Part shown: positions 55,765 to 64,000 of the stretch, piece by piece | Layout: each line of letters begins with the position of its first letter | How positions within the stretch are numbered: the first letter of the stretch is position 1 | From: a virus | Strand: one strand, 5' to 3' | Virus record (IMG/VR): IMGVR_UViG_3300036820_000003 | Span: 1 to 64,000 of that record | DNA: 64,000 nucleotides | Notes under the pieces: model-generated | The model's input: only the letters and a program-made list of their open reading frames with translations | Database searches by the model: none | Told to the model about the DNA's origin: nothing | Made by a program: the position numbers and the translations under genes

Positions 55765-56181
55765 TTAAAGCGAGCCGACTTCAGCGGTTCGCTCGACGTG
55801 CGGAGGCGGTCGGAAGCTGACCGCGCCGTCGCCCGAGCCGGGGGCGGCCGGAACCGCCTCGCGCGCGGACCTGAAGACGTTCGCGGCGGCGAGGAAGCCG
55901 TTCAGCTCCAGGATCCTCGCGGCGAACAGCCGGATGCTGGTCGCGTGATCCAGATCCCGGATGCTGAGGGACGGATCCTGCACCCACTGGAGAATCGGAT
56001 CGTAGTAGGCGACGAACACGCCGTACTTCCCGGACGGACCCTGCACGCGATCCTCCACGTGCACGACGTGACGGCTCGGCTGATACGGGACGTCGGGGAT
56101 CTTCTCGGCCCCGATGACGGCGTAGCCGCTGAAGTCGGCCGGCAGGATGCCGGACAGGACGGGCGGCGGGGTTGAGTTCAC
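55765..56181 (-). CDS. Hypothetical protein
   Basis: GTGA coupling. Confidence 0.55.
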   Translation of the reverse strand: MNSTPPPVLSGILPADFSGYAVIGAEKIPDVPYQPSRHVVHVEDRVQGPSGKYGVFVAYYDPILQWVQDPSLSIRDLDHATSIRLFAARILELNGFLAAANVFRSAREAVPAAPGSGDGAVSFRPPPHVERTAEVGSL

Positions 56182-56669
56182 GAGCGGACCTCGAAGCTCT
56201 CTGTCTCGTTGTCGGGAGTAGCCTGCACGAACTGGGAGTCCGCGAAGGAGCGATGATCGGGGATGACCCACACGCCCGCGACCGTGTAGCGTCCGGTGGG
56301 AACGCCGGGGTTGCGCGGGAAGTACGCGCAGAGCGTGAAGATCGTGCCGTGCGTCATGACCGTGTTGCTGGAGATGACGCTGTTGCCCGTTGAATCGTTG
56401 GCGATCCACTGGACCGCGTAGACGACGCGCGGGTCGTGGAACGTCATGCACAGCCAGCTCGAGGGGTCCTTGAACGGACCCTCGTGCACGGTGCGCCGCC
56501 ACAGCCTATAATACGGCTGCGGAGCCCTCGCCGGGGCGCTTTGAGCCTGCGGCCGGGTGGTCGCGCTCGCTGCCGAGGCGGGATGCGCCCCGGTGATCGC
56601 GACTCCCGTGATGCCGAGGGCGAGAGCCGCTGACGCGACGGTCGCCCTCATCTTCCTTTTCCTTGTCAT
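56178..56669 (-). CDS. Secreted protein with Sec-type signal peptide
   Basis: MTRKRKMRATVASAALALGITGVAITGAHPASA-A. Confidence 0.7.
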   Translation of the reverse strand: MTRKRKMRATVASAALALGITGVAITGAHPASAASATTRPQAQSAPARAPQPYYRLWRRTVHEGPFKDPSSWLCMTFHDPRVVYAVQWIANDSTGNSVISSNTVMTHGTIFTLCAYFPRNPGVPTGRYTVAGVWVIPDHRSFADSQFVQATPDNETESFEVRS

Positions 56670-56745
56670 GTTGCTGTTTTCCTTCCTGAGTCGGACCTGA
56701 CGGTCCGAGCCCCGTCCGCCCGGAGGGCGGGCGGGACTCGCGCTG

Positions 56746-57015
56746 TCAGGTCGCGTACGGATCGTCCTGCATGACGTAGGAGTCGTTCTGGACGTCCGCG
56801 ATGATGACGTTATCGCGTTCGGAGGAGTAGTAGTTGATCATCGCCGCGCAGCTGAGCAGATGGGCTGCGAGCTGCCGGTCGAGGCCCGACGCCCGGGCGA
56901 TGACCTCGCAGCTGAGCGGTCGCCCGTAGTTCGCCTTCAGGACGGAGCGAACCTTCTCCATCTGGGCTAGCCGGATGTCTCTCATCTCCTGCACGAACTT
57001 GTCGATGTCGTCCAT
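56746..57015 (-). CDS. Small winged-helix-like protein
   Basis: VRSVLKANYGRPLSCEVIARASGLDRQLAAHLL. Confidence 0.5.
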   Translation of the reverse strand: MDDIDKFVQEMRDIRLAQMEKVRSVLKANYGRPLSCEVIARASGLDRQLAAHLLSCAAMINYYSSERDNVIIADVQNDSYVMQDDPYAT

Positions 57016-57120
57016 GTGACGTGCCTCCTCGTCGGGGCTGAGCGCCCCGCACCCCGCCCGAGGCCCCTGCGCTCGGGCGGGATGCGCGTGGCTCAGGTCA
57101 GATGTTACGCGCGGCGCGCG

Positions 57121-57453
57121 TCAGCGCGTCGGAGGGGCGTTGTCGTAGAACTCCTGCGGGGTCTGGGCGAGGGGCTCCGGCGGCTCGGGCCGTATGACGG
57201 TGACCCGGGCGGTGTCGTGCGCGAAGGTCACGCCGACGTCGGGGACGTGCACGTTGCCGTTGTCCTCGGAGAGGGCGAGCATCCCGACCTTGCCGAGGCC
57301 CGCGACGTCGTCGACGTCCGGGTTGCTCACCTGATGCCCGCTGAGAAGCGCGAAGCAGGTGTGCGTCGGCTTCAGAATGAGCTGCAGATCCCCGTTGGTG
57401 AAGAGGATCTTGTCGTTCGGCTGGAGATCTCGCGCGTTGATCTCGAGTTCCAT
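57121..57453 (-). CDS. Hypothetical protein
   Basis: INARDLQPND motif; RBS GGAAGG. Confidence 0.6.
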   Translation of the reverse strand: MELEINARDLQPNDKILFTNGDLQLILKPTHTCFALLSGHQVSNPDVDDVAGLGKVGMLALSEDNGNVHVPDVGVTFAHDTARVTVIRPEPPEPLAQTPQEFYDNAPPTR

Positions 57454-57545
57454 GTGTTGTGCCTTCCTTTTCCTTGTGTGAAGCTCGAGCTGAGTTGCCC
57501 GGGAGGCGCTCGAAATTGTTTTCGAGCGCGACCCGCGTGACTCAG

Positions 57546-58289
57546 TTAGGACGCGCTGACCTCGACCTCGACCGCGCTGACGTCGATGTTCAGCTCGGGC
57601 CGGATGAGGTCGATCCGGCTGTTGACGATCAGCTGGAGATCCCTCACCTGCTCGGGATCGATGTTCGACCCGTCTGGGGTTCGGGCGCTGAAGCTGAAGC
57701 GAGCCGTGGAGGCGTCGACGTCGGTGACGTCGGTGCGGGGTCGGCTGACGCTCGCGGTGATCTCGCCCGTGTTGAACGGGGCGTCGTCGAGGAGGATGGC
57801 GATCCCCGCGATGACGCCGCCGATGTAGGCGGAATCCATGTCCTGATCGTTCTTGCGACTGACCGGGACGCTGAGGACGACCTGCTGAGTCCCCTCGACA
57901 CTCGATGTGACGGGGGGGAACAGGCTAGCCTCGGAGCCGAAGGTCGGCGTCCACGGGATGAGCTCCGCGCCCTGCGGTAGATGATCTATCATCCAGTTGA
58001 GGGCGTAGACGACGTGCTCTTCCTCGATCGTCAGCGTCAGCGTGTGATGGAGATTGTAGTTGCCGTACTCCTCCGACACGGAGGCGCTGGAGATGAGATC
58101 AGGCTCGCCGATGGCGTCGATCAGCTCGCCGACGAGCGTGTAGAGCTGCGTCGCCGGCGGCTTCGCGCCCTGTGCCGCGAGGTCGCCCCACGCTGGATAG
58201 ATGGCAGTATCCGAAGGCGGATCCTGACCGTCCGTCGGAGCGGGATGCTCCTGACTCCAGTTCCACGTGAGCGTGCGTGTGTCTCGCAT
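57546..58289 (-). CDS. Acidic hypothetical protein
   Basis: RBS AAGGAAGGAG. Confidence 0.65.
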   Translation of the reverse strand: MRDTRTLTWNWSQEHPAPTDGQDPPSDTAIYPAWGDLAAQGAKPPATQLYTLVGELIDAIGEPDLISSASVSEEYGNYNLHHTLTLTIEEEHVVYALNWMIDHLPQGAELIPWTPTFGSEASLFPPVTSSVEGTQQVVLSVPVSRKNDQDMDSAYIGGVIAGIAILLDDAPFNTGEITASVSRPRTDVTDVDASTARFSFSARTPDGSNIDPEQVRDLQLIVNSRIDLIRPELNIDVSAVEVEVSAS

Positions 58290-58365
58290 GTGATGCTCCT
58301 TCCTTCCTTGAGGCCGAGTGGCCCGAGCCCGGTCCGAACTGGGTTTTGTTCGGACTGGACTCCCG

Positions 58366-58683
58366 TCACTCGGGCGGGACGCGGTTGAACGGGATGACGT
58401 TCCAGGCGCGCAGGAGATAGGGATGGAAACCCTGACAGCGCTGGTCGGGTGGTCGGGTTCGCTTGCAGACGCAGTCGATGAGGATCATCATCGTCTCGTC
58501 ATCGGCTGCTGCATAGGAGGTCGCCGTCCGCAGGTCGGGGTGATGAGCCCGAGTGTGGATGACGGGAGGCTGCGAGGGCCGGGGCCGGGGTGTGACCGGC
58601 GGGATGAGATCGTGCCGGGTGGGGCCGCCGTGCGGCGGCGGATCCTGCTCGGGCGAGGTGACAACCTCGTTCGCTTCGCTCAC
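58366..58683 (-). CDS. Pro-rich hypothetical protein
   Basis: GTGA coupling to 58680-58829. Confidence 0.45.
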   Translation of the reverse strand: MSEANEVVTSPEQDPPPHGGPTRHDLIPPVTPRPRPSQPPVIHTRAHHPDLRTATSYAAADDETMMILIDCVCKRTRPPDQRCQGFHPYLLRAWNVIPFNRVPPE

Positions 58684-58829
58684 GAGGTTGTCACCGGCCC
58701 GATCAGCGCCGTGTACAGCTGGATCTGCTGAGCCTCGCTGTAGGACTTCCACATCTCGCGGAAGCGCTTGCGAGTCGGGGCTCCGAGAGAGCGTCGCAGG
58801 ATCGCGACGTTAGCCGGGCTGAAATTCAT
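58680..58829 (-). CDS. Small hypothetical protein
   Basis: RBS GGAGGAAAGGA. Confidence 0.55.
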   Translation of the reverse strand: MNFSPANVAILRRSLGAPTRKRFREMWKSYSEAQQIQLYTALIGPVTTS

Positions 58830-58909
58830 GATGTCCTTTCCTCCTTGTGTGCGAGTTGTTGAGCGCACAGGCCGTCGACCGGACGGAGTCCGGGCGGCAG
58901 CCGACGCGC

Positions 58910-59173
58910 TCACGTCGTGAGGCTCGTGCCCGCCGTGCAGTGAGGACACGACTTGACAAGCGAGTCGAAGTGCTCTAGAATGTAGGCGTCGAGGGACAGA
59001 TGCCGACGCAGATCGCAGGCGACGGTGTCGCGACAGAGCCAGAAGCCTCCGTAATGACGGCGGAAGCGCATCGTGAGGTAGGTTCCCTCGACGTTGCAAC
59101 TGGAGCAGATGCGAATGAGCGGCGGGAACTCCGGGATTTGAGCCGGAGCCGGGAGCGAGACGGGCTGAATCAT
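58910..59173 (-). CDS. Small zinc-binding protein
   Basis: CSSC..CRDTVAC..CPHC. Confidence 0.5.
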   Translation of the reverse strand: MIQPVSLPAPAQIPEFPPLIRICSSCNVEGTYLTMRFRRHYGGFWLCRDTVACDLRRHLSLDAYILEHFDSLVKSCPHCTAGTSLTT

Positions 59174-59186
59174 GTCGGCCGTCGCC

Positions 59187-59378
59187 CTAGTTCCCCGTGC
59201 AGCTGGACGTGTCGGTCGCGCTGTAGGGGCTCTGGCTGTAGGTGCAGGTGGTGGTCGTGCTGTGCTGCGCGATCGCCACGATCATGACGAAGACCGCGAT
59301 GACGAGCAGGAGCAGCAGGGCCACGATCGCGCCCCCGTTCGAGGTTGAAGCGGACGGGGACGGGGTCTTGTCGTTCAT
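59187..59378 (-). CDS. Single-TM membrane protein
   Basis: AIVALLLLLVIAVFVMIVAIA. Confidence 0.65.
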   Translation of the reverse strand: MNDKTPSPSASTSNGGAIVALLLLLVIAVFVMIVAIAQHSTTTTCTYSQSPYSATDTSSCTGN

Positions 59379-59523
59379 TTGATGTCTTTCCTTCCTTGGG
59401 GTTGTGCTCCGTCGTGTGACGGGGGCGAGGTCCCGCTCGCTGCGCTTGCGGGGCCTCGCGCTCTACACACGGTGGCTACACCTCACATGGGTGGATGCGA
59501 GGTGCCTTCCGTGACTCGGGGGG

Positions 59524-59802
59524 TTACAGCAGACTGCGAGGGATGTCGCGATCGCATCTGTGGCAGTGCTGAGTCGGGGCGTCATCTATCGCGAAGACGC
59601 CCGGGTGGATGCAGGGCTCCGGGAAAGCCGGAACCCTGAACGTGAAGACGCGCGCGTCCGCGAAATAGTCCTCCGCGAGGGTCACGACGTGAACGCCCCA
59701 GCCCTGCGGAAGCTCCTTTTCAAGATCTTCCGCCTGATCGGGCGTCGCGTCCAGAATCTCCGACTGCACGACGTTCCAGTCGTTGACGATCTGGATGTGC
59801 AT
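59524..59802 (-). CDS. Hypothetical protein
   Basis: RBS AAGGAAGGAAAGG. Confidence 0.6.
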   Translation of the reverse strand: MHIQIVNDWNVVQSEILDATPDQAEDLEKELPQGWGVHVVTLAEDYFADARVFTFRVPAFPEPCIHPGVFAIDDAPTQHCHRCDRDIPRSLL

Positions 59803-59913
59803 GTGGCTGCCTTTCCTTCCTTGTTGCCTGCTTCGTGCACAGGAGACCGTACCCCCGCCGATATCGGGCGGGGGTGCGATCCTCACTGCACGAGGTCGAG
59901 GTGCGTGATGGCG

Positions 59914-61020
59914 CTAGATGCCGAGCGTGGCGAACGCGGCCTGAAGGCCCGAGATGTCCGGGGCGGCCTGGACCGGAGTCCGGGTGACGCCCTGAGCGGG
60001 GGCCGGCGGGGCCGGGGTCATGCCGGGCGCGAGAACCGGGAAGCGATTGAGCTTGCTGCCCGCGAAGCTCGCGTTGTACAGCGCGGCGCTGGAGGCCTGG
60101 ACCCTGGCGAAGGCCGGGTCCGAGCTGAGCGCGGCGTGAACCCGCGCGCTGATCTCGTTGGCGACTCGCTGCATCGCGGCCCGGGAGCCCTTGTTCTTGA
60201 GCTGGTACTCCGTGGTCGGGAGACCCTGGGCGTCCGTCAGGCCGTGGAGCTTGACGTGCTCCGCGACGGAGGCGAGCGCCTGGTTCTCGGCGGCCACGAT
60301 CGGGCCGTTGGGCGCGAACTGCAGGAACTGGATGAGCGCAGTCCAGCTCGCCTTGAACTCGGTCGGGAGAATGCTGTAGACCCGACCCGGCTTCTTGGCG
60401 GACTTGTCGTGCGTGACGCAGTCGTGGACGGCCGAGCCGCCGATGGCCTGCGTCAGCTGCGCGATCGCGTTGCCGGGCTGCACGCTGCGACCCTGCTGGC
60501 CGGGGACGAGGGACTGCATGATCTCGCAGGCGATGTTCTCCTGCGAGACGGCGGCTGTGAGAAACTGCCTGGTCATGCCGATGGCGGCGTTGGAGAACGC
60601 CGTGACCTTGCCCGGCACGAGGACGTTGCCGTCCTCGTCCAGCAGGTCGAACACCGGCACGGTCGGGTCGACCGTGCGCTCCAGCTCCTGGCGGATGGTC
60701 CGCTCAGGGGCCGGGGCCGGGGCCGGAGCGGGCTCGGTCTCCTCGGCGACGGGGGCGTCCGTGATGGGCGTCTCGTCGCCGGGGGCGGTCTCGTCCTCGG
60801 TGTCCGGCTCGGTGTCCGTGACCTCGGGGGCGGGGGCGTCCGTGTCCGTGTCGTCCGTGCTGTCAGGCTCGGTCGGCTCGGGGGCGGTCGTGTCCTGCTC
60901 CGTGGTCACGGTCGGCTGCTGCTGCTCGGCGTCCGTGTCCGGCTGCGCGGGGGCGTCCGTGTTGGGGGCGTCCTGCGCGGCCGGGGTCGCGTTGCGGCGG
61001 TTGCTGCGGTTGCTGTTCAT
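59914..61020 (-). CDS. Large early protein with acidic T/D/E/P-rich disordered N-terminus
   Basis: Strong codon bias; RBS AGGAAAGG; followed by a hairpin. Confidence 0.8.
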   Translation of the reverse strand: MNSNRSNRRNATPAAQDAPNTDAPAQPDTDAEQQQPTVTTEQDTTAPEPTEPDSTDDTDTDAPAPEVTDTEPDTEDETAPGDETPITDAPVAEETEPAPAPAPAPERTIRQELERTVDPTVPVFDLLDEDGNVLVPGKVTAFSNAAIGMTRQFLTAAVSQENIACEIMQSLVPGQQGRSVQPGNAIAQLTQAIGGSAVHDCVTHDKSAKKPGRVYSILPTEFKASWTALIQFLQFAPNGPIVAAENQALASVAEHVKLHGLTDAQGLPTTEYQLKNKGSRAAMQRVANEISARVHAALSSDPAFARVQASSAALYNASFAGSKLNRFPVLAPGMTPAPPAPAQGVTRTPVQAAPDISGLQAAFATLGI

Positions 61021-61165
61021 TTTTGATGCCTTTCCTACCCTTAACAGTCACACCGTGTCACTGTTTTGATTCTTTGCGCGCGGATTGGTTACCGTTCGCT
61101 TGTAGGCTGATTGCAACCTACGTGACCGCACACAATCTGGTTTTGATTGTGTGCGATCATGAGGG

Positions 61166-61450
61166 TTACGGGTGCTGCTGCGGCTGGATTTCTCCCGGAT
61201 GACAGTTGGGCGCGTTGCTGGTCAGAGCCAAGATTGCCAGGAGCGTACCGGGGGTCGCGCTGTAATAGGTGACCTCCATAGCGTCCGGATCGGTGCTGAA
61301 CGCGCATGAGTAGGGCACGTTGGCATCGGTGGTGATCTGACGCGCGGCGGCCGATAGCCACACTGCGCGGGCGGCCGGACGGGCCATAGTCTCAGGTTCG
61401 TCACTTGAGATTTGGACCGTGAGTCTCTCTTTCACGCTTTGCCTTTCCAT
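61166..61450 (-). CDS. Hypothetical protein
   Basis: ATG after CAAGGA. Confidence 0.45.
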   Translation of the reverse strand: MERQSVKERLTVQISSDEPETMARPAARAVWLSAAARQITTDANVPYSCAFSTDPDAMEVTYYSATPGTLLAILALTSNAPNCHPGEIQPQQHP

Positions 61451-61525
61451 CCTTGATCTCTCCGCACTGCGCGGATTACACAACGCGCACCGTGGTGCGC
61501 ATCATGCAAAGCGTGCGTGCTGTTG

Positions 61526-61768
61526 CTATACCTCGGTTATGTCGCCGAAGTGGATATCCGGGGCGTCCCATTGGGTCAGCTTTTCGAGAGCTGTCTTGTC
61601 AGTAGATGAGAATGTCGTTACCAGCGTAGGCACGTCGATAACGAAGAACACCATACCGTCAAGTCCTGATTCCGTTATCAACATCTCGGCGGAATCCTCT
61701 AGCTCTAGTCCGATATCCTCCGGCCGGTCAAATTCCTCCGGATCGGCGGTTTCTGTGACTTGGTACAC
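61526..61768 (-). CDS. Small highly acidic protein
   Basis: 20 D/E versus 3 K/R in 80 aa; RBS AAGGAGGGAAGG. Confidence 0.7.
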   Translation of the reverse strand: MYQVTETADPEEFDRPEDIGLELEDSAEMLITESGLDGMVFFVIDVPTLVTTFSSTDKTALEKLTQWDAPDIHFGDITEV

Positions 61769-61853
61769 GGAATGCCTTCCCTCCTTGATTGGTCGCTATT
61801 CACGGCCATGCCGGCGCACACCTCCGGGTGTGCGCCGGCAAAGCGGGGAATCG

Positions 61854-62081
61854 CTAGGGGTTGGTGTTGGGGTCGGGGGACTGGGACGCGAAACCGAGCG
61901 TTGCCACCCAGCCCGAATCGCAGTCATTGAGGTAGCCGTTGCCGGCCTTGACCGTGAGAACGCAATTGACCTGCCGGCCGGAATGCGTGAGCGCGTTTAC
62001 CCGTGTCGGATGCGCGCTGCACCCTATGACCAGAGCGGCGATCGTGGCCGCGCCGAGGATTGACGTCCCGAGCTTGCGCAT
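61854..62081 (-). CDS. Putative lipoprotein
   Basis: MRKLGTSILGAATIAALVIG-C lipobox. Confidence 0.6.
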   Translation of the reverse strand: MRKLGTSILGAATIAALVIGCSAHPTRVNALTHSGRQVNCVLTVKAGNGYLNDCDSGWVATLGFASQSPDPNTNP

Positions 62082-62173
62082 GGTGCTTTCCCTCCCTTGA
62101 AGTGCGCCCGTGCGCACTGCTAGGCATGCGTCCGGGTTTGGGGGACGCATGCCAAGCGGCATGTAGGGTGCTG

Positions 62174-62554
62174 CTATTCGCATTGATCGCAGGTACCCGC
62201 TATGGGGAGCACGATGTGATGCACGTGGCAACGCGCGCCGTGCTTTGCCTGCGCTTCCGCGCGCTTGGCTATCTGCATAGTGGTCGCGCGCACCGCGAGG
62301 AAATCCTCGGAGTAGTTCTCTGGCCATTCCTTGCGCACTATCGTTTCCTTGACCACTAGCTTTACGTGGCCACGGTGTTGTTGGGTGCCGTTGGCGTACT
62401 CGCGTGGCTCGTTGTCCGCGTACTCGCCTTTAAGACCCCTACGGGTGTGGGAGTCGTCATTGCACTTGCGCCACGTCTGGACCGGGTTGCCCCGGTTCTT
62501 CTGGCCTTTGCGCTTTGACTTGCTTCCCTTACCGCGCTTGGCAGGCCTAAGCAT
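62174..62554 (-). CDS. Basic hypothetical protein
   Basis: Coupled to the upstream ORF; C-terminal CHVHH..CDQC. Confidence 0.5.
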   Translation of the reverse strand: MLRPAKRGKGSKSKRKGQKNRGNPVQTWRKCNDDSHTRRGLKGEYADNEPREYANGTQQHRGHVKLVVKETIVRKEWPENYSEDFLAVRATTMQIAKRAEAQAKHGARCHVHHIVLPIAGTCDQCE

Positions 62555-62783
62555 CGGCTATGCCAAGCGCGGTCACGTACTGCGCATCGCACCAGTAGTA
62601 GGTAAGCCCGTTGTCGCGATTGCGATTGATGAGCTTAGCCTCATAGCGCGAACGGGTGAGATGCCAGCGAGTCGCCACGGAGCCGTATCGACCGCGCATG
62701 CTATGACCGCGCGTTAGCTGACCGGTCGCGATGCAATTCATAGCCCATTGCTGGTAAGAGAGCATCTGTGTTTTTCCTTTCAT
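62547..62783 (-). CDS. Hypothetical protein, first ORF of the early cluster
   Basis: RBS-like GGAAAAAC before the MLSYQQW alternative start. Confidence 0.5.
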   Translation of the reverse strand: MKGKTQMLSYQQWAMNCIATGQLTRGHSMRGRYGSVATRWHLTRSRYEAKLINRNRDNGLTYYWCDAQYVTALGIADA

Positions 62784-62799
62784 GGTTACCCATAGTGCA

Positions 62800-64000
62800 G
62801 GCCGGAGGATTGCTCATCCGGCATGCGCCACGGGTGAGGAATGAGAGGCATAGCTCCGCTACGCTACGGGAAAGGATTACCCGCGCAGTCATTCCCCACC
62901 CATGCAAGGATAGGAAAGAAAGGCATCAATATGTCTAGGCGCGTTCGACCGCGCTTCCACCCCTCCCCTTTCAGGGTTGCCTTATTGCGTCACGCGCACT
63001 TTCATGCGCCCGCATGCACTCTTTTCAGCATGCTTTGGATTCCCTACCCACTACACCACACCAATGCCGAGTAATACCCCCGTAAAGCAAGGTAAAAGCC
63101 CGGTAAAGGCATCCGCAGCCTCTCGGTTCGCCGCCGTGAATTGCGCGAAACGCGCAGTGACAATTCTCGCACTTTCCCGCTATTGCTGACCGGTCACCAT
63201 TGCTGGTTTCGGCCCACTACCCTATTGCGTATCATCGCGCAAATAATCGGATCGGGTGTCTGCTTTACCTTTCGCAAGCCCATAGATGAAAGACATTGGG
63301 TGACCGCCATTCCGCCATACAGGCCGGCAGTTACAAGATCACCCGCACGCTATTCGGGGTTACTAAGGGTTGCCCAAATTCGTAGGCTAGCAACGCCGCG
63401 CGCAGTCTAGGACTGCGCACGTGGGATGGAATTTGTATGCCCTACGCGGAATTGACCCGCGCATGAATAGGGCAGAAGAATCGTATGCGCACCTCCGCCC
63501 GGTCAGCTTGCGCCGCCCGTTCGGTGGGGCATGGCTACAGTCAACCACACATGCGCGGAATTGCACCTAACGGCTAGGCCACGAACGTATAACGGGAAGG
63601 TAACGCTCATAAAGGGGTCTCACAGCCACGTAGGCGCATGCAGAAGTCTTCCCGTGTGATCCGCCTACGGTCTACCCATGCGCGCGTCCTAGACCCCTCC
63701 CAGAGTCAGCAAGGCGCATCTACAGGCCGTCCCAGAATGCGCCTGAGAGTACGTGCGCGCCTGGTGAGCGAGTGCGCATCACCAGGCGCGCACGCCATTC
63801 GGTCGAATGCGCGGCGTGCGTCTAGGTGCCTTTGCGGAGCCCGCCGCCTAGCCTGCCTAGATACTAGGTAACCTAGTATCTAGGTAACCTAGTGTTTGCA
63901 CATGCAACTAGTTTCAGATGCCAGCGAGCCGGCCGGCTTGGTAGGGAATTGCATTCACGATCATGAATTCAGCAATTTGTCAAGCGCCTATATACACATT
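62800..64000. other. Non-coding, lower-GC probable terminal or early-promoter region
   Basis: No credible ORF for about 1.2 kb; palindrome at 63857-63883. Confidence 0.55.

Noticed and set aside
1-64000. tRNA, rRNA, integrase or structural genes
   Set aside because: No cloverleaf, rRNA or tyrosine/serine recombinase motifs and no capsid, terminase or tail signatures were recognised by eye; tRNAscan would be needed to exclude tRNAs.

Overview
High-GC, gene-dense actinobacteriophage DNA with no structural genes in this window. A BldC homologue suggests a filamentous actinomycete host. 1-33 kb is a replication, recombination and nucleotide-metabolism region: AAA ATPase, metallophosphoesterase, DUF669 SSB, Sak4-like AAA_24 protein, RuvC-like resolvase, SNF2 helicase, two DNA methyltransferases, dCMP deaminase, family A DNA polymerase, Cas4/RecB-like exonuclease, RecD/Dda-like helicase, Prim-Pol/DUF927 primase-helicase and an iteron-rich candidate origin. 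33-62.8 kb holds about 70 small minus-strand early or accessory genes, followed by about 1.2 kb of non-coding, probably terminal DNA. The standout locus is 9.84-11.7 kb: a promoter, a stand-alone RAMP/Cas7-like gene, a conserved accessory gene, and a 650-bp non-coding array of GGY-NN pentamers cut into 11 units by a 9-nt GGCAGTCNN delimiter. This looks like a phage RNA-guided system with a non-contiguous guide code, matching what I recall of recently reported VIPR-type systems (not verifiable here). It is not a CRISPR array. All family assignments come from motif recognition by eye; no searches were run.
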